This document shows, in pieces, positions 16,789-25,906 of a stretch of 32,000 bases of DNA. Made by a program: the position numbers and the translations under genes. Under the pieces are notes generated by a model. It did not search any database and was not told the DNA's origin. It saw only the letters and a program-made list of their open reading frames with translations. The first letter of the stretch is position 1, and every line of letters begins with the position of its first letter. Source of the DNA: Cupriavidus necator (lineage in GTDB: Bacteria > Pseudomonadota > Gammaproteobacteria > Burkholderiales > Burkholderiaceae); contig NZ_CP066019.1 in the NCBI RefSeq assembly GCF_016127575.1, positions 2,370,001 through 2,402,000 of the forward strand, read 5' to 3'.

Positions 16789-17628
16789 CTGGCCCACGCG
16801 CTTTCCTGTGCCTCGCAACGCGCGCTGATCGTCACCGCCGACGACTTCGGCCTGCACCCCGCCGTCAATGAGGCGGTGGAGCTGGCCCACCGCGACGGCG
16901 TGCTCAATGCCGCCAGCCTGATGGTGGGCGCGCCCGCCGTGGCGGATGCGGTCGAGCGCGCGCGCCGGCTGCCGTCGTTGCGCGTGGGGCTGCACGTGGT
17001 GCTGGCCGACGGCCCGGCCACGCTGCCGCGCGCGCGGATCCCCGACCTGGTCGACGCCGAAGCCCGCTTCGGCTCGGCCATGGCCCTGGACGGCTGCCGC
17101 TTCTTCTTCCTGCCGCGCGTGCGCCGCCAGCTGGCGGCGGAGATCCGCGCGCAGTTCGAAGCCTTTGCCGCCACCGGCCTGCCGCTTGACCACGTCAACA
17201 CGCACAAGCATTTCCACCTGCACCCCACGGTGCTGTCGCTGATCCTGTCGATCGGGCGCGACTACGGCCTGCGCGCGATGCGCCTGCCGCGCGAGCAGGG
17301 CGCGCCGTTGCCGCTGCGCCCCTGGCTGGCGCTGCTGCGCCGGCGCCTGGACCGCGCCGGCATCGCGCACAATGACTACGTGGTCGGCATCGCGCGCAGC
17401 GGGCAGATGGACGAGGCAGCCCTGCTGCAGGCGCTGGCGCAGTTGCCCGCGGGCGTGGGCGAGATCTACCTGCATCCGGCCGTGATCTCTGGCGAGGCCA
17501 TTACCGCATCGATGCGCGGCTACCGCCACGCCGACGAGCTGGCCGCGCTGCTGTCGCCGCGCGTGCGCGCCGCGCTGGAGCGCGCGGCCAACCGGCGCGG
17601 CGGCTTTGCCGACGTGCTGGTGCCCTGA
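16789..17628 (+). CDS. hpnK: YdjC-family deacetylase HpnK; start codon non-canonical or uncertain
   Basis: The conserved YdjC N-terminus RALIVTADDFGLHPAVNEAV is encoded at 16819-16875. In this frame there is no ATG, GTG or TTG between the stop at 16654-16656 and the GTG at 16876. I propose CTG 16789 (GAGG 7 nt upstream). CTG 16783 (overlapping the hpnJ TGA), ATC 16786 and CTG 16825 are alternatives. Confidence 0.75.
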   Translation: MAHALSCASQRALIVTADDFGLHPAVNEAVELAHRDGVLNAASLMVGAPAVADAVERARRLPSLRVGLHVVLADGPATLPRARIPDLVDAEARFGSAMALDGCRFFFLPRVRRQLAAEIRAQFEAFAATGLPLDHVNTHKHFHLHPTVLSLILSIGRDYGLRAMRLPREQGAPLPLRPWLALLRRRLDRAGIAHNDYVVGIARSGQMDEAALLQALAQLPAGVGEIYLHPAVISGEAITASMRGYRHADELAALLSPRVRAALERAANRRGGFADVLVP

Positions 17629-17637
17629 TTGTTCAAG

Positions 17638-18642
17638 ATGAAACGCATTGCTTACCTGACCGGCCTGATCGGGCTGCTGGCGCTCACCGCACTGGTGATC
17701 CACCAAGGCGCCAGCGACATCGCCGCCATCGTGGCGCAGGGCGGCTGGCTGCTGCTGTTGCTGGTGCCCCTGCATGCACTGCCGCTGCTGCTCGATGCGC
17801 AAGGCTGGCGCGTCCTGCTGACCTCGGCCGACCCCGAGGAGAAGGCGGGGCTCGGTTTCCTGTGGTGGGTCGCCACGGTGCGCGAAGCGGTCAACCGCCT
17901 GCTGCCGACGGTGGGGGTCGGCGGTGAACTGGTCGGCATCCGCCTGACGCGGCTGCGCATCCGCGACACCACCGCCGTCACCGCCAGCATCGTGGTTGAA
18001 GTGATGCTGACACTGTTCTCGCAGTACCTGTTCTCGGCCATGGGGGTGCTGCTGCTGGTGGCCGCGCTGCAGGACAGCGGCGGGGCCTGGATCATCCTGG
18101 CCGGGCTGCTGCTGTCATTGCCGGTGCCGGTGCTGTTCGCGCTGTCGCTGCGGCACACCGCGATCTTCGAGAAACTGGAAGGCGCGGCGCGCAAGCTGTT
18201 TGGCGAAGATCACCGCATCGTCGCCTTGATCGACGGTGCGCGGCTCGATGCCCATATCCGCGCGCTCAACCGGCGCCGGCGCGAGCTGCTGGCGGCACTG
18301 GGCTGGCAACTGGCAGGGCTGGTCAGCGGCACGCTGGAGATCTGGCTGGCGCTGATGCTGCTGGGCCATCCGGTGCCGGTCTGGCAGGCGCTGGCGATCG
18401 AATCGCTGACCCAGGCCGCGCGCCACGTGGCCTTCTTCGTGCCGGCCGGGCTGGGCGTGCAGGAAGCGGTGGTGATGCTGCTGGGGCAGGTGCTGGGGAT
18501 GGATGCGCAGGTCTCGCTGGCGCTGGCGCTGGTCAAGCGCGCGCGCGAGATCCTGTTCGGCGTGCCCGCGCTGCTGTCATGGCAATGGGTGGAGCTGCGC
18601 CACTGGCGGCGCAGCCGGCACACGGGCCACGCCTCGCCCTGA
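17638..18642 (+). CDS. hpnL: Hopanoid-associated membrane protein HpnL (lysylphosphatidylglycerol-synthase-TM / flippase-like family)
   Basis: About 334 aa from ATG 17638; TTG 17629, abutting the hpnK stop, is an alternative. Around 8 hydrophobic helices. The LPxxVGGExVGIRL-type motif and the position after hpnK fit HpnL. Confidence 0.78.
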   Translation: MKRIAYLTGLIGLLALTALVIHQGASDIAAIVAQGGWLLLLLVPLHALPLLLDAQGWRVLLTSADPEEKAGLGFLWWVATVREAVNRLLPTVGVGGELVGIRLTRLRIRDTTAVTASIVVEVMLTLFSQYLFSAMGVLLLVAALQDSGGAWIILAGLLLSLPVPVLFALSLRHTAIFEKLEGAARKLFGEDHRIVALIDGARLDAHIRALNRRRRELLAALGWQLAGLVSGTLEIWLALMLLGHPVPVWQALAIESLTQAARHVAFFVPAGLGVQEAVVMLLGQVLGMDAQVSLALALVKRAREILFGVPALLSWQWVELRHWRRSRHTGHASP

Positions 18643-18655
18643 TGGCGTGCGGCGC

Positions 18656-19300
18656 TCAGGCGTCAGACGCCTGGCGCGCGTTATGGGTGGTCAGGTACTT
18701 CACCAGCCCGTCGACCCCGCTGCGCGCGACGATGTCCGCAAACTGCTTGCGATACACCTCGATCAGCCACGCCCCCATCATATTGATGTCATAGATCTTC
18801 CAGCCGTTGGCTGTGCGCTGCAGCCGGTAATCGATCTGCATCTCGTCGGCATTGTTGATCACACGCGTCTGCACCACCACATCGGTGGCGCCGCTGCCGG
18901 ACTTGACCGGCTGGTAGCGGAACTTGACGCTCTGCTCGCGCAGTTGCGCCAGCGACACCGCATAGCTGCGCACGAGCAGCATCTGGAACTGCTCATGGAG
19001 CTGTTGCTGCTGCTCCGGCGTGGCCGTGCGCCAGGCACTGCCCAGCGCCAGCCGCGTGGTGCGCTGGAAATCCGTGTAGGGCAGGAACTGCTTCTGCACC
19101 ACCGCGGTAATCTTGGCGAGGTCGCCGGCGCGGGTGTCGGGATTGGACTGGATGGTGCCGATCACGCCCTCCACCGCGGCCTGCACCAGCCGCTCGGGGC
19201 TGGCGCGCAGGTCGCCGGGCTGGACTGCCTGGGCGTGCGCTACGGAAACCATGGCCACCGCCGCAAGCGGCGCCAGGGGAAGCAAACCGTGAATCGTCAT
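18656..19300 (-). CDS. hpnM: Periplasmic MlaC/Ttg2D-family lipid-binding protein HpnM
   Basis: 214 aa from ATG 19300. Signal peptide MTIHGLLPLAPLAAVAMVSVAHA-QA. The FxRTTRLALGSAW, YxxQ and WKIYDI/MMG motifs are typical of the toluene-tolerance Ttg2D/MlaC fold. The tracked 418-aa ORF extension is non-homologous. Confidence 0.85.
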   Translation of the reverse strand: MTIHGLLPLAPLAAVAMVSVAHAQAVQPGDLRASPERLVQAAVEGVIGTIQSNPDTRAGDLAKITAVVQKQFLPYTDFQRTTRLALGSAWRTATPEQQQQLHEQFQMLLVRSYAVSLAQLREQSVKFRYQPVKSGSGATDVVVQTRVINNADEMQIDYRLQRTANGWKIYDINMMGAWLIEVYRKQFADIVARSGVDGLVKYLTTHNARQASDA

Positions 19301-19471
19301 CGATATGAGAACCAGGAAGGACGGTGAAGCGGCGCCGGCGCTGCAGCGCCGATGCCAGGCTGACAGTTTATAGCGGATCGGCCTGAATCGCGGATGCCCG
19401 GGCCGCGCATGCCGCATGCGCCACGCTGCCAGCCGATATACTCGCGGTTCGTGCTCCTTCCGGATCCGCCC

Positions 19472-22108
19472 ATGCTGACTTCGCTGCTGACACGCATTGT
19501 CCGGCTTGCCACTGCCTGGCCGTGGCGCGTCATCATCCTGGCGGCATTGCTGACCGCCGTCAGCGGCGTCTACGTGGCCCGCAACTTTGCGATCAACACC
19601 GACATCGGCCGCCTGCTGGAATCCGACGCCCCCTGGGCGGTGCGCGATGCCGCCATCGGCGACGCCTTTCCCCAGCGCAACCAGTTGATCCTGGCGGTGG
19701 TGCAGGCGCCCGCGACCGAGCTGGCCGATGCCGCCGCCGACGCGCTGGCCGAGGCGCTGCGCCGCCAGCCGGCACGCTTCACCGCGGTCAGCCAGCCCGG
19801 CGGCGGTGCGTTCTTCGCGCGCAACGGATTGCTGTTCGCCAGCACCGATGAAGTGCGCCAGCTCACGCAACAGCTGATGCAGGCGCGCCCGCTCGTCAAC
19901 GCGCTCGCGCATGACCCGACCCTGCGCGGCCTGTCCGATCTCCTCGCCACCACGCTGGCGCTGCCGCTGCAGATGGGGCAGGTAAAGCTGGGCGACATGG
20001 CCAGGCTGCTGGGCAGCAGTGCACGGACACTAGACCAGGTGCTGGCCGGCAAGCCCGTCGCGCTGTCCTGGGCAGGGCTGCTCGACGACAGCCTCAAGCC
20101 CGGGCCCGATGGCCAGGTCTACAGCTACATCGCGCTCAGCCCCGTGCTGGACTACAGCGACCTGCAGGCCGGGGCCGCCGCCTCGCGCGCGATCCGGCAG
20201 GCGGCGGCCGAGCTGCAGCTGGCGCAGCGCTACCAGGCCACGGTGCGGCTGACCGGCCCGCAGGCGCTGGCCGACGATGAATTCGCCTCGGTCAGCGACG
20301 GCGCCGTGCTCAACGGCGTGCTGACGGTGCTGGTGGTGGTGCTGATCCTGTGGCTGGCCTTGCGCTCGGCGCGGCTGATCGTTGCGGTGCTGGCCAGCCT
20401 GTTTGCCGGGCTGCTCATCACCGCCGCGCTGGGGCTGGCCATGGTTGGCGCGCTGAACATGATCTCGGTGGCGTTCGCGGTGCTGTTCGTCGGGCTGGGG
20501 GTGGACTTCGGCATCCAGTTCGGCGTGCGCTACCGCGCCGAGCGCCATGACCGCGACCATATCGTCGAAGCGCTGGGGCTGGCCGCGCGCGCGGTGGGCG
20601 CTCCGCTGGCGCTGGCGGCCGCGGCCACGGCGGCGGCGTTCTTCTGCTTCCTGCCCACCGACTACCGCGGCGTGGCCGAGCTGGGGCTGATCGCCGGCGT
20701 GGGCATGATGGTGGCATTCGCCACCACCTTCACGCTGCTGCCGGCGCTGATCTGCGTGCTCAAGCCCGGCGGCGAGCCCGAGGCGCCGGGCTTCGCGTGG
20801 CTGGCGCCCGCGGACCGGTTCTTCGACCGCTATCGCAAGCCGGTGCTGCTGGTCACCCTGCTCGCGATCCTGGCAGGCGCGCCGCTGCTGCCGCACCTGC
20901 GCTTTGACTTCGACCCGCTGCACCTGAAGGACCCCAGGTCCGAATCGATGGCCACGCTGCTGGCGCTCAAGGACGCGCCGCAGGCCGGCACCGACGATGT
21001 CAGCGTGCTGGCGCCTTCGCTGCCGGCCGCGCGCGATCTGGCCGGCAAGCTGGCGGCGCTGCCCGAGGTGGCGCGCGCGGTCACGCTGCAGACTTTCATC
21101 CCCGCAGACCAGCCGCCCAAGCTGCAGGCCATCGGCCAGGCCTCGGCCGCGCTGATGCCGGCGCTGACGCAGCCCACCGCCACGCCCGCCACCGACAGCG
21201 CGCGCGTCAGTGCGCTGCGCAATGCCGCGCGGCAGCTGGCCATCGCCGCCGACGAGCATCCCGGTCCGGGCGCGGCCGAAGCCGCGCACCTGTCCGCCAC
21301 GCTGAAGCAGCTGGCGGCCGCCGACGCCGCCACGCGCGACCGCGCCGAGCGCGCCATCGCCGTGCCGCTGCAGCTGGCGCTGGCACGGCTGAAGCTGGCG
21401 CTGGGCCCGCAACCCGTCAGCGAGCAGACGCTGCCGCCCGAACTGGTGCGCGACTGGATCACGCCGGACGGGCGCGCGCTGGTCAACGTCAGCCCGAAGC
21501 TGCCGCCGCCCGCCAGCGCACAGCGCGAGGCCGCGCTGGACCGCTTCATCACCGCGGTGCAGCGCGTGGAGCCGACCGCCACCGGCGGGCCGATCGCGAT
21601 CCGCGGCTCGGCCGATACCATCATGGCCGCCTTTGCGCAGGCCGGCATCTGGGCGGTGGTGTCAATCACCATCCTGCTATGGATCACGCTGCGCCGCTTC
21701 GGCGATGTGCTGCGCACGCTGATACCGCTGCTGGTTTCGGCCATCGTCACGCTGGAATTGTGCGTGCTGTTCGGCATTGCGCTGAACTTTGCCAACGTGA
21801 TCGCGCTGCCGCTGCTGCTGGGCGTGGGCGTCGCGTTCAAGATCTACTACGTGATTGCCTGGCGGCACGGCAAGACCCAGCTGCTGCAGTCCAGCCTGAC
21901 GCACGCCGTGCTGTACAGCGCGGCCACCACCGCCACCGCTTTCGGCAGCCTGTGGCTGTCGCAGCATCCCGGCACCGCCAGCATGGGCAAGCTGCTGGCG
22001 CTGGCACTGGCGTGCACGCTGGTCGGCGCGGTGTTCTTCCAGCCGATCCTGATGGGCCGCCCGCGCGAAGGCGCCCATCACAAACATGACAAGGCCGCCC
22101 GGTCATAA
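19472..22108 (+). CDS. hpnN: RND-superfamily hopanoid transporter HpnN
   Basis: 878 aa from ATG 19472. Two 6-TM bundles each preceded by a large periplasmic loop (MMPL/RND architecture). [10 protein letters not shown]- and [13 protein letters not shown]-type TM4/TM10 segments. Divergent from hpnM. Confidence 0.9.
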   Translation: MLTSLLTRIVRLATAWPWRVIILAALLTAVSGVYVARNFAINTDIGRLLESDAPWAVRDAAIGDAFPQRNQLILAVVQAPATELADAAADALAEALRRQPARFTAVSQPGGGAFFARNGLLFASTDEVRQLTQQLMQARPLVNALAHDPTLRGLSDLLATTLALPLQMGQVKLGDMARLLGSSARTLDQVLAGKPVALSWAGLLDDSLKPGPDGQVYSYIALSPVLDYSDLQAGAAASRAIRQAAAELQLAQRYQATVRLTGPQALADDEFASVSDGAVLNGVLTVLVVVLILWLALRSARLIVAVLASLFAGLLITAALGLAMVGALNMISVAFAVLFVGLGVDFGIQFGVRYRAERHDRDHIVEALGLAARAVGAPLALAAAATAAAFFCFLPTDYRGVAELGLIAGVGMMVAFATTFTLLPALICVLKPGGEPEAPGFAWLAPADRFFDRYRKPVLLVTLLAILAGAPLLPHLRFDFDPLHLKDPRSESMATLLALKDAPQAGTDDVSVLAPSLPAARDLAGKLAALPEVARAVTLQTFIPADQPPKLQAIGQASAALMPALTQPTATPATDSARVSALRNAARQLAIAADEHPGPGAAEAAHLSATLKQLAAADAATRDRAERAIAVPLQLALARLKLALGPQPVSEQTLPPELVRDWITPDGRALVNVSPKLPPPASAQREAALDRFITAVQRVEPTATGGPIAIRGSADTIMAAFAQAGIWAVVSITILLWITLRRFGDVLRTLIPLLVSAIVTLELCVLFGIALNFANVIALPLLLGVGVAFKIYYVIAWRHGKTQLLQSSLTHAVLYSAATTATAFGSLWLSQHPGTASMGKLLALALACTLVGAVFFQPILMGRPREGAHHKHDKAARS

Positions 22109-22148
22109 TCACAAACCCGATGCGGCCGACCCCGACCCCCTTCGTACA

Positions 22149-22943
22149 ATGCCTTTACGCCAGCGCGCTACATCCGTTGCCACCACCGCCATTGCCGCCG
22201 CCCTGCTCGCCGGCTGCGCCACCGGCCCGCAAGCCAGTCCCGACGATCCGCTCGAGCCGATGAACCGCGCGGTCTTCACCGTCAACGACAAGCTCGACCA
22301 GTACGTGGCCGTGCCGGTGGCCAAGGGCTACAAGGCGGTCACGCCGGAGCCGGTGCGCACCGCGGTCACCAATTTCTATTCGAACATCGCGGACATCGGC
22401 AACTTTGCCAACAACCTGCTGCAGGGCAAGGGCGTTGAGGCAGCGGAGAGCTTCATGCGGGTCGCGATCAATTCCGTGCTGGGTATCGGCGGACTGATCG
22501 ACATCGCCACGCCCGCCGGGCTGCAGAAGCATTCGCAGGATTTCGGCCTGACGCTGGGCACGTGGGGCGTGCCGTCGGGACCCTACCTGGTGCTGCCGCT
22601 GTTCGGCCCCAGCTCATTCCGCGACGGCGTGGGCCTGTATGTGAATTTCCAGTTCGACCCGACCACCTATGCCGAGCCGGCGGTGCGCAATTCGCTGTTC
22701 GGGATGAACGTGGTGGACGTGCGCACCAACCTGCTGGGCGCCACCGACCTGCTGAAGCTGGCGGCGCTGGACAAGTACGCCTTTGTGCGCGATGCCTACC
22801 TGCAGCGGCGCCGCTACCTGCTGGGAGAGAACACGTCGCTGCCGGACTACGACGAAGACGACGACGGCGGCACGGCCGCAGCACCCGCCGCGGAGGCGCC
22901 GGCGGGCACGCCTGCGCCCGCGCAGCCGCAGGCGCCGCGCTGA
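22149..22943 (+). CDS. MlaA/VacJ-family outer-membrane lipoprotein
   Basis: 264 aa from ATG 22149. Lipobox LLAGC. DPLEPMNRAVFxxND, NFxxNLLQGK, NSxLGIGGLxD, DFGxTLG.WGV..GPYLVLPxxGPS..RD are MlaA hallmarks. An acidic then Pro/Ala-rich C-terminal tail occupies about 22827-22940. It starts 40 nt after hpnN. Confidence 0.88.
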   Translation: MPLRQRATSVATTAIAAALLAGCATGPQASPDDPLEPMNRAVFTVNDKLDQYVAVPVAKGYKAVTPEPVRTAVTNFYSNIADIGNFANNLLQGKGVEAAESFMRVAINSVLGIGGLIDIATPAGLQKHSQDFGLTLGTWGVPSGPYLVLPLFGPSSFRDGVGLYVNFQFDPTTYAEPAVRNSLFGMNVVDVRTNLLGATDLLKLAALDKYAFVRDAYLQRRRYLLGENTSLPDYDEDDDGGTAAAPAAEAPAGTPAPAQPQAPR

Positions 22944-22952
22944 CGCGGGGTC

Positions 22953-23387
22953 TTAGCCGCCGATCCCCAGCAGCACCACCTCGAAGGTAAGCGTGGCGTT
23001 CGGCGGAATCGTGCCCGGCACGCCGCGCGCGCCGTAGGCCGTGGCCGGCGGGCAGGTCAGCTTGGCCTTGCCGCCCACCTGCATCGCCTGCACCCCTTCG
23101 GTCCAGCACGGGATCACGCGGTTGAGCGGGAACGAGATCGGCTGGCCGCGCTTGTACGAGCTGTCAAACTCGGTGCCGTCGGCCAGCGTGCCGCGGTAGT
23201 GGACCTGCACCGAGTCGGTGGCCTTGGGCGAGGCGCCATTGCCCTTGATCAGGTGCTGGATGGTCATGCCCGACGCCAGCGTCTGCGGCGCCGCAGCGGG
23301 TGCGGCCGGGGCCGAGGCGGCCGGGGCGGCAGCGGAGGCGGCGCAGGCCAAGGTCAGGGTGCCGAGGAAAAGCGCAAGTGTTTTCAT
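22953..23387 (-). CDS. Secreted FKBP-type peptidyl-prolyl cis-trans isomerase
   Basis: 144 aa from ATG 23387. Signal peptide plus an Ala/Pro linker, then VHYRGTLADGTEFDSSYKRGQPISFPLNRVIPCWTEG and the IPPNATLTFEVVLL FKBP core. Confidence 0.9.
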   Translation of the reverse strand: MKTLALFLGTLTLACAASAAAPAASAPAAPAAAPQTLASGMTIQHLIKGNGASPKATDSVQVHYRGTLADGTEFDSSYKRGQPISFPLNRVIPCWTEGVQAMQVGGKAKLTCPPATAYGARGVPGTIPPNATLTFEVVLLGIGG

Positions 23388-23604
23388 GGGAAACCTGGTC
23401 GTGAGGTCGTGATTGGGGATGCGGCAGTTTAACCGACACACGGCAACGATATGGCGGCAGCGGCATATAGCGCACAACGCACCCCGGCCGTGCGCCTTGC
23501 GGCAGGCATGGTGCGGCGCACCCCGCCGCATCCGTTACACGGGGCGTTTTGCCGTCTACGATGGTTCGTGACAGCCCCGCTGCCGCGGGCGCACGGAGAT
23601 TGCC

Positions 23605-24933
23605 ATGGCACTCACGGATTCACGGGACCTTCCGGTCTCGACCCAGAACGCCCGCTCGGTCGAGCAGTATGAGACCGCCCTGCAACTGCTGAACGGCTAC
23701 TACGGCGACCCGCTCGCCGCCATCGACACGGCGCTGGCCGCCGACCCCGACTTCGCCATGGGCCACGCGCTGCGCGCCGCGCTGATGGTCACCTCTGGCG
23801 ACGGCATGGCCGAGCCCATGCTGCGCCAGAGCGTCGAAGCCGGCGAAGCCCGGCACGCCCGCGCCAACGACCGCGAGCGCCGCCACATCGCCGCGGCACG
23901 GGCCTGGCTGGACGGCGAGTTCGAGCGCTCGGTCCGGCTCTACGGCGATATCGTGATCGACTATCCACGCGACCTGCTGGCGATCCAGACCGCGCATCTC
24001 GGCGACTTCCTGCTGGGGCAGTCATCGATGCTGCGCGACCGCGTGGCGCAGGCGCTGCCGCACTGGGATGCCGGCATGCCGGGCTACGGCTACCTGCTCG
24101 GCATGCATGCCTTCGGCCTGGAAGAAACCCAGCTCTACGAGCGCGCCGAGGAAAGCGGCCGGCGCGCGCTCGAGCTCAATCCGCGCGACCCGTGGGCCGT
24201 GCACGCGGTGGCGCACGTGATGGAGATGCAGGGCCGGCTGGACGACGGTATCGCCTGGCTGGACGGGCGCCGCGACGACTGGTCCGACGACAATATGCTG
24301 GCCGTGCACAACTGGTGGCACCTGGCATTGTTCCAGCTGGAAGCGGGCAGGACCGACGAGGTGCTGGCGCTGTACGACCGCTATATCAAGCGCCCCGCGC
24401 CGGCGATCGCGCTGGACCTGGTGGATGCCTCCGCGCTGCTGTGGCGGCTGCACCTGCGCGGCGTGGACGTGGGCCGGCGCTGGCAGCCGGTGGCGGACGA
24501 CTGGCTCGGCCGCGGCGCGGCCGGCTACTACGCCTTCAACGATGTCCATGCCGTGATGGCCAGCCTGGGCGCGCACCGGCCCGCTGCCGCCGACCAGGTC
24601 CGCGCCGCGCTGGAGCGCGCCGCCCTGGGCAACGGCACCAATGCCATGATGTCGCGCGATGTGGGGCTGCCGGTGGCCGATGCCCTGATCGCGTTCGACC
24701 AGGGCGATTACAGCACCGCCATCGACCTGTTGATGCCGGTGCGCCTGATCGCCCACCGCTTCGGCGGCAGCCATGCACAGCGCGACATCGTCAGCCTGAC
24801 CCTGCTCGAGGCGGCGCTGCGCGGCCGCCGCAGCAACCTGGCGATCGCGCTCACGGCCGAACGCGCCGCGCTCAAGCCCATGAGTCCTAGCCTGCACCGG
24901 CTGGTGCAGCGCGCCGACTCGTGCCGCGCATAA
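23605..24933 (+). CDS. TPR protein of the TTC38-like family
   Basis: 442 aa of helical repeat sequence. The N-terminal pattern (xxAVxxYExALxxLxxYxGDPLAxIDxALAxDPDFxMGHALRA) and HNWWHLALF match my recollection of bacterial TTC38 homologues. Function unknown. Confidence 0.7.
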   Translation: MALTDSRDLPVSTQNARSVEQYETALQLLNGYYGDPLAAIDTALAADPDFAMGHALRAALMVTSGDGMAEPMLRQSVEAGEARHARANDRERRHIAAARAWLDGEFERSVRLYGDIVIDYPRDLLAIQTAHLGDFLLGQSSMLRDRVAQALPHWDAGMPGYGYLLGMHAFGLEETQLYERAEESGRRALELNPRDPWAVHAVAHVMEMQGRLDDGIAWLDGRRDDWSDDNMLAVHNWWHLALFQLEAGRTDEVLALYDRYIKRPAPAIALDLVDASALLWRLHLRGVDVGRRWQPVADDWLGRGAAGYYAFNDVHAVMASLGAHRPAAADQVRAALERAALGNGTNAMMSRDVGLPVADALIAFDQGDYSTAIDLLMPVRLIAHRFGGSHAQRDIVSLTLLEAALRGRRSNLAIALTAERAALKPMSPSLHRLVQRADSCRA

Positions 24934-24994
24934 GTCTCCCTGCCGCGGCCGGGATCGGCGCCTATACTGCACCTGTCCTGACCGGAGACCACCC

Positions 24995-25366
24995 ATGCCC
25001 AGCTTCCGCGCCCTGTTCCGCCCCGCCCTCTTTGCCGCCAGCGCCGCGCTGGCGCTGGCGGCCGTGCCGGCCATTGCCCATCACGGCTGGTCCACCTACG
25101 ACGAGACCAAGCCGCTGACGCTGACCGGCAAGATCGTCGAGAGCCACTACGAGAACCCCCACGCGCATATCCGCATCGATGCCGGCGGCAAGCGCTGGCT
25201 GGCCGTGCTGGCACCCGTGTCGCGGATGGAGGCGCGCGGCGCCACCGGCGACAAGGTGGCCGTGGGGCGCGAGGTCACGCTGGTCGGCTACGCCAGCAAG
25301 GAAAAGGCCGACGAGCTGCGCGCCGAGCGCATCACCGTGGACGGCAAGACCGTCGAGTTGCGCTGA
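24995..25366 (+). CDS. Small secreted protein, DUF6152-like, with a predicted mature N-terminus His-His
   Basis: 123 aa. The signal peptide ends AIA|HHGWSTYD. The pattern HH..x.(Y/F)D..K..TLTG.V.E....NPH..I resembles the DUF6152 family as I recall it (needs an HMM check). GGAGAC RBS and a TATACT -10-like hexamer (24964-24969) lie upstream. Confidence 0.65.
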   Translation: MPSFRALFRPALFAASAALALAAVPAIAHHGWSTYDETKPLTLTGKIVESHYENPHAHIRIDAGGKRWLAVLAPVSRMEARGATGDKVAVGREVTLVGYASKEKADELRAERITVDGKTVELR

Positions 25367-25381
25367 GCGGGCGCGCGCCGC

Positions 25382-25894
25382 ATGTCGGTGCTGTTCGCGC
25401 AATGGACGGAGTGGGCCGGCGCGCTGGCGCGGCTGCCGTTCCCGATGGCCCTGCGCAGTTCGGCCTGGGCCTATCCCGCGGTAGAGATCGTCCACCTGGC
25501 CGGCATGGCGCTGCTGTTCGGCTCCATCTTCGTGGTCGACATGCGCCTGGCCGGGCTCGGCCGGCGGCTGCCGGTGAGCCTGCTGTTGCGCCATGCGCTG
25601 CCCTTCACCGTCGGCGCCTTCATTGCGGTCGCGGCCAGCGGCGTGCTGCTGTTCCTGGCCCATGCCGATGAGCTGGCCGCCAATCCCGCGTTCCTGGCCA
25701 AGCTGTGCCTGATTGCACTGGCGCTGGCCAATGTGCTGTGGTTCCACTTCGGTCCCTATCGCAGCCTGCATGCCGGGCAACCGGGCTGGGACAGCGGCGT
25801 CGCGCCGCCGGCCGGCGCGCGCGTCAGCGCCATTGTCTCGATGGTGACGTGGTCGCTGGTGATCTGCGCCGGGCGTCTGATTGCTTATGTCTGA
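25382..25894 (+). CDS. Integral membrane protein of unknown function (about 4 TM helices)
   Basis: 170 aa with GC3-rich codon usage. Four hydrophobic segments. Conserved-looking YPxVEIVHLxGMALLFG...D(M/L)RL motif. It starts 15 nt after the DUF6152-like gene, which suggests a two-gene unit. Confidence 0.6.
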   Translation: MSVLFAQWTEWAGALARLPFPMALRSSAWAYPAVEIVHLAGMALLFGSIFVVDMRLAGLGRRLPVSLLLRHALPFTVGAFIAVAASGVLLFLAHADELAANPAFLAKLCLIALALANVLWFHFGPYRSLHAGQPGWDSGVAPPAGARVSAIVSMVTWSLVICAGRLIAYV

Positions 25895-25906
25895 TGGCCG
25901 CGGGAC

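Noticed and set aside
19301-19912. Extended versions of hpnM (to 19912) and hpnN (from 19394) that would overlap each other
   Set aside because: The signal peptide of HpnM starts at ATG 19300, and the first TM segment of HpnN starts at ATG 19472. The extensions are Arg/Pro-rich and mutually overlapping in the divergent promoter region.
23397-23412. Tandem duplication ggtcgtga-ggtcgtga just upstream of the FKBP gene start
   Set aside because: There are only two 8-nt copies, no further occurrences in the window, and no recognisable regulatory consensus. It is likely a trivial slippage duplication.
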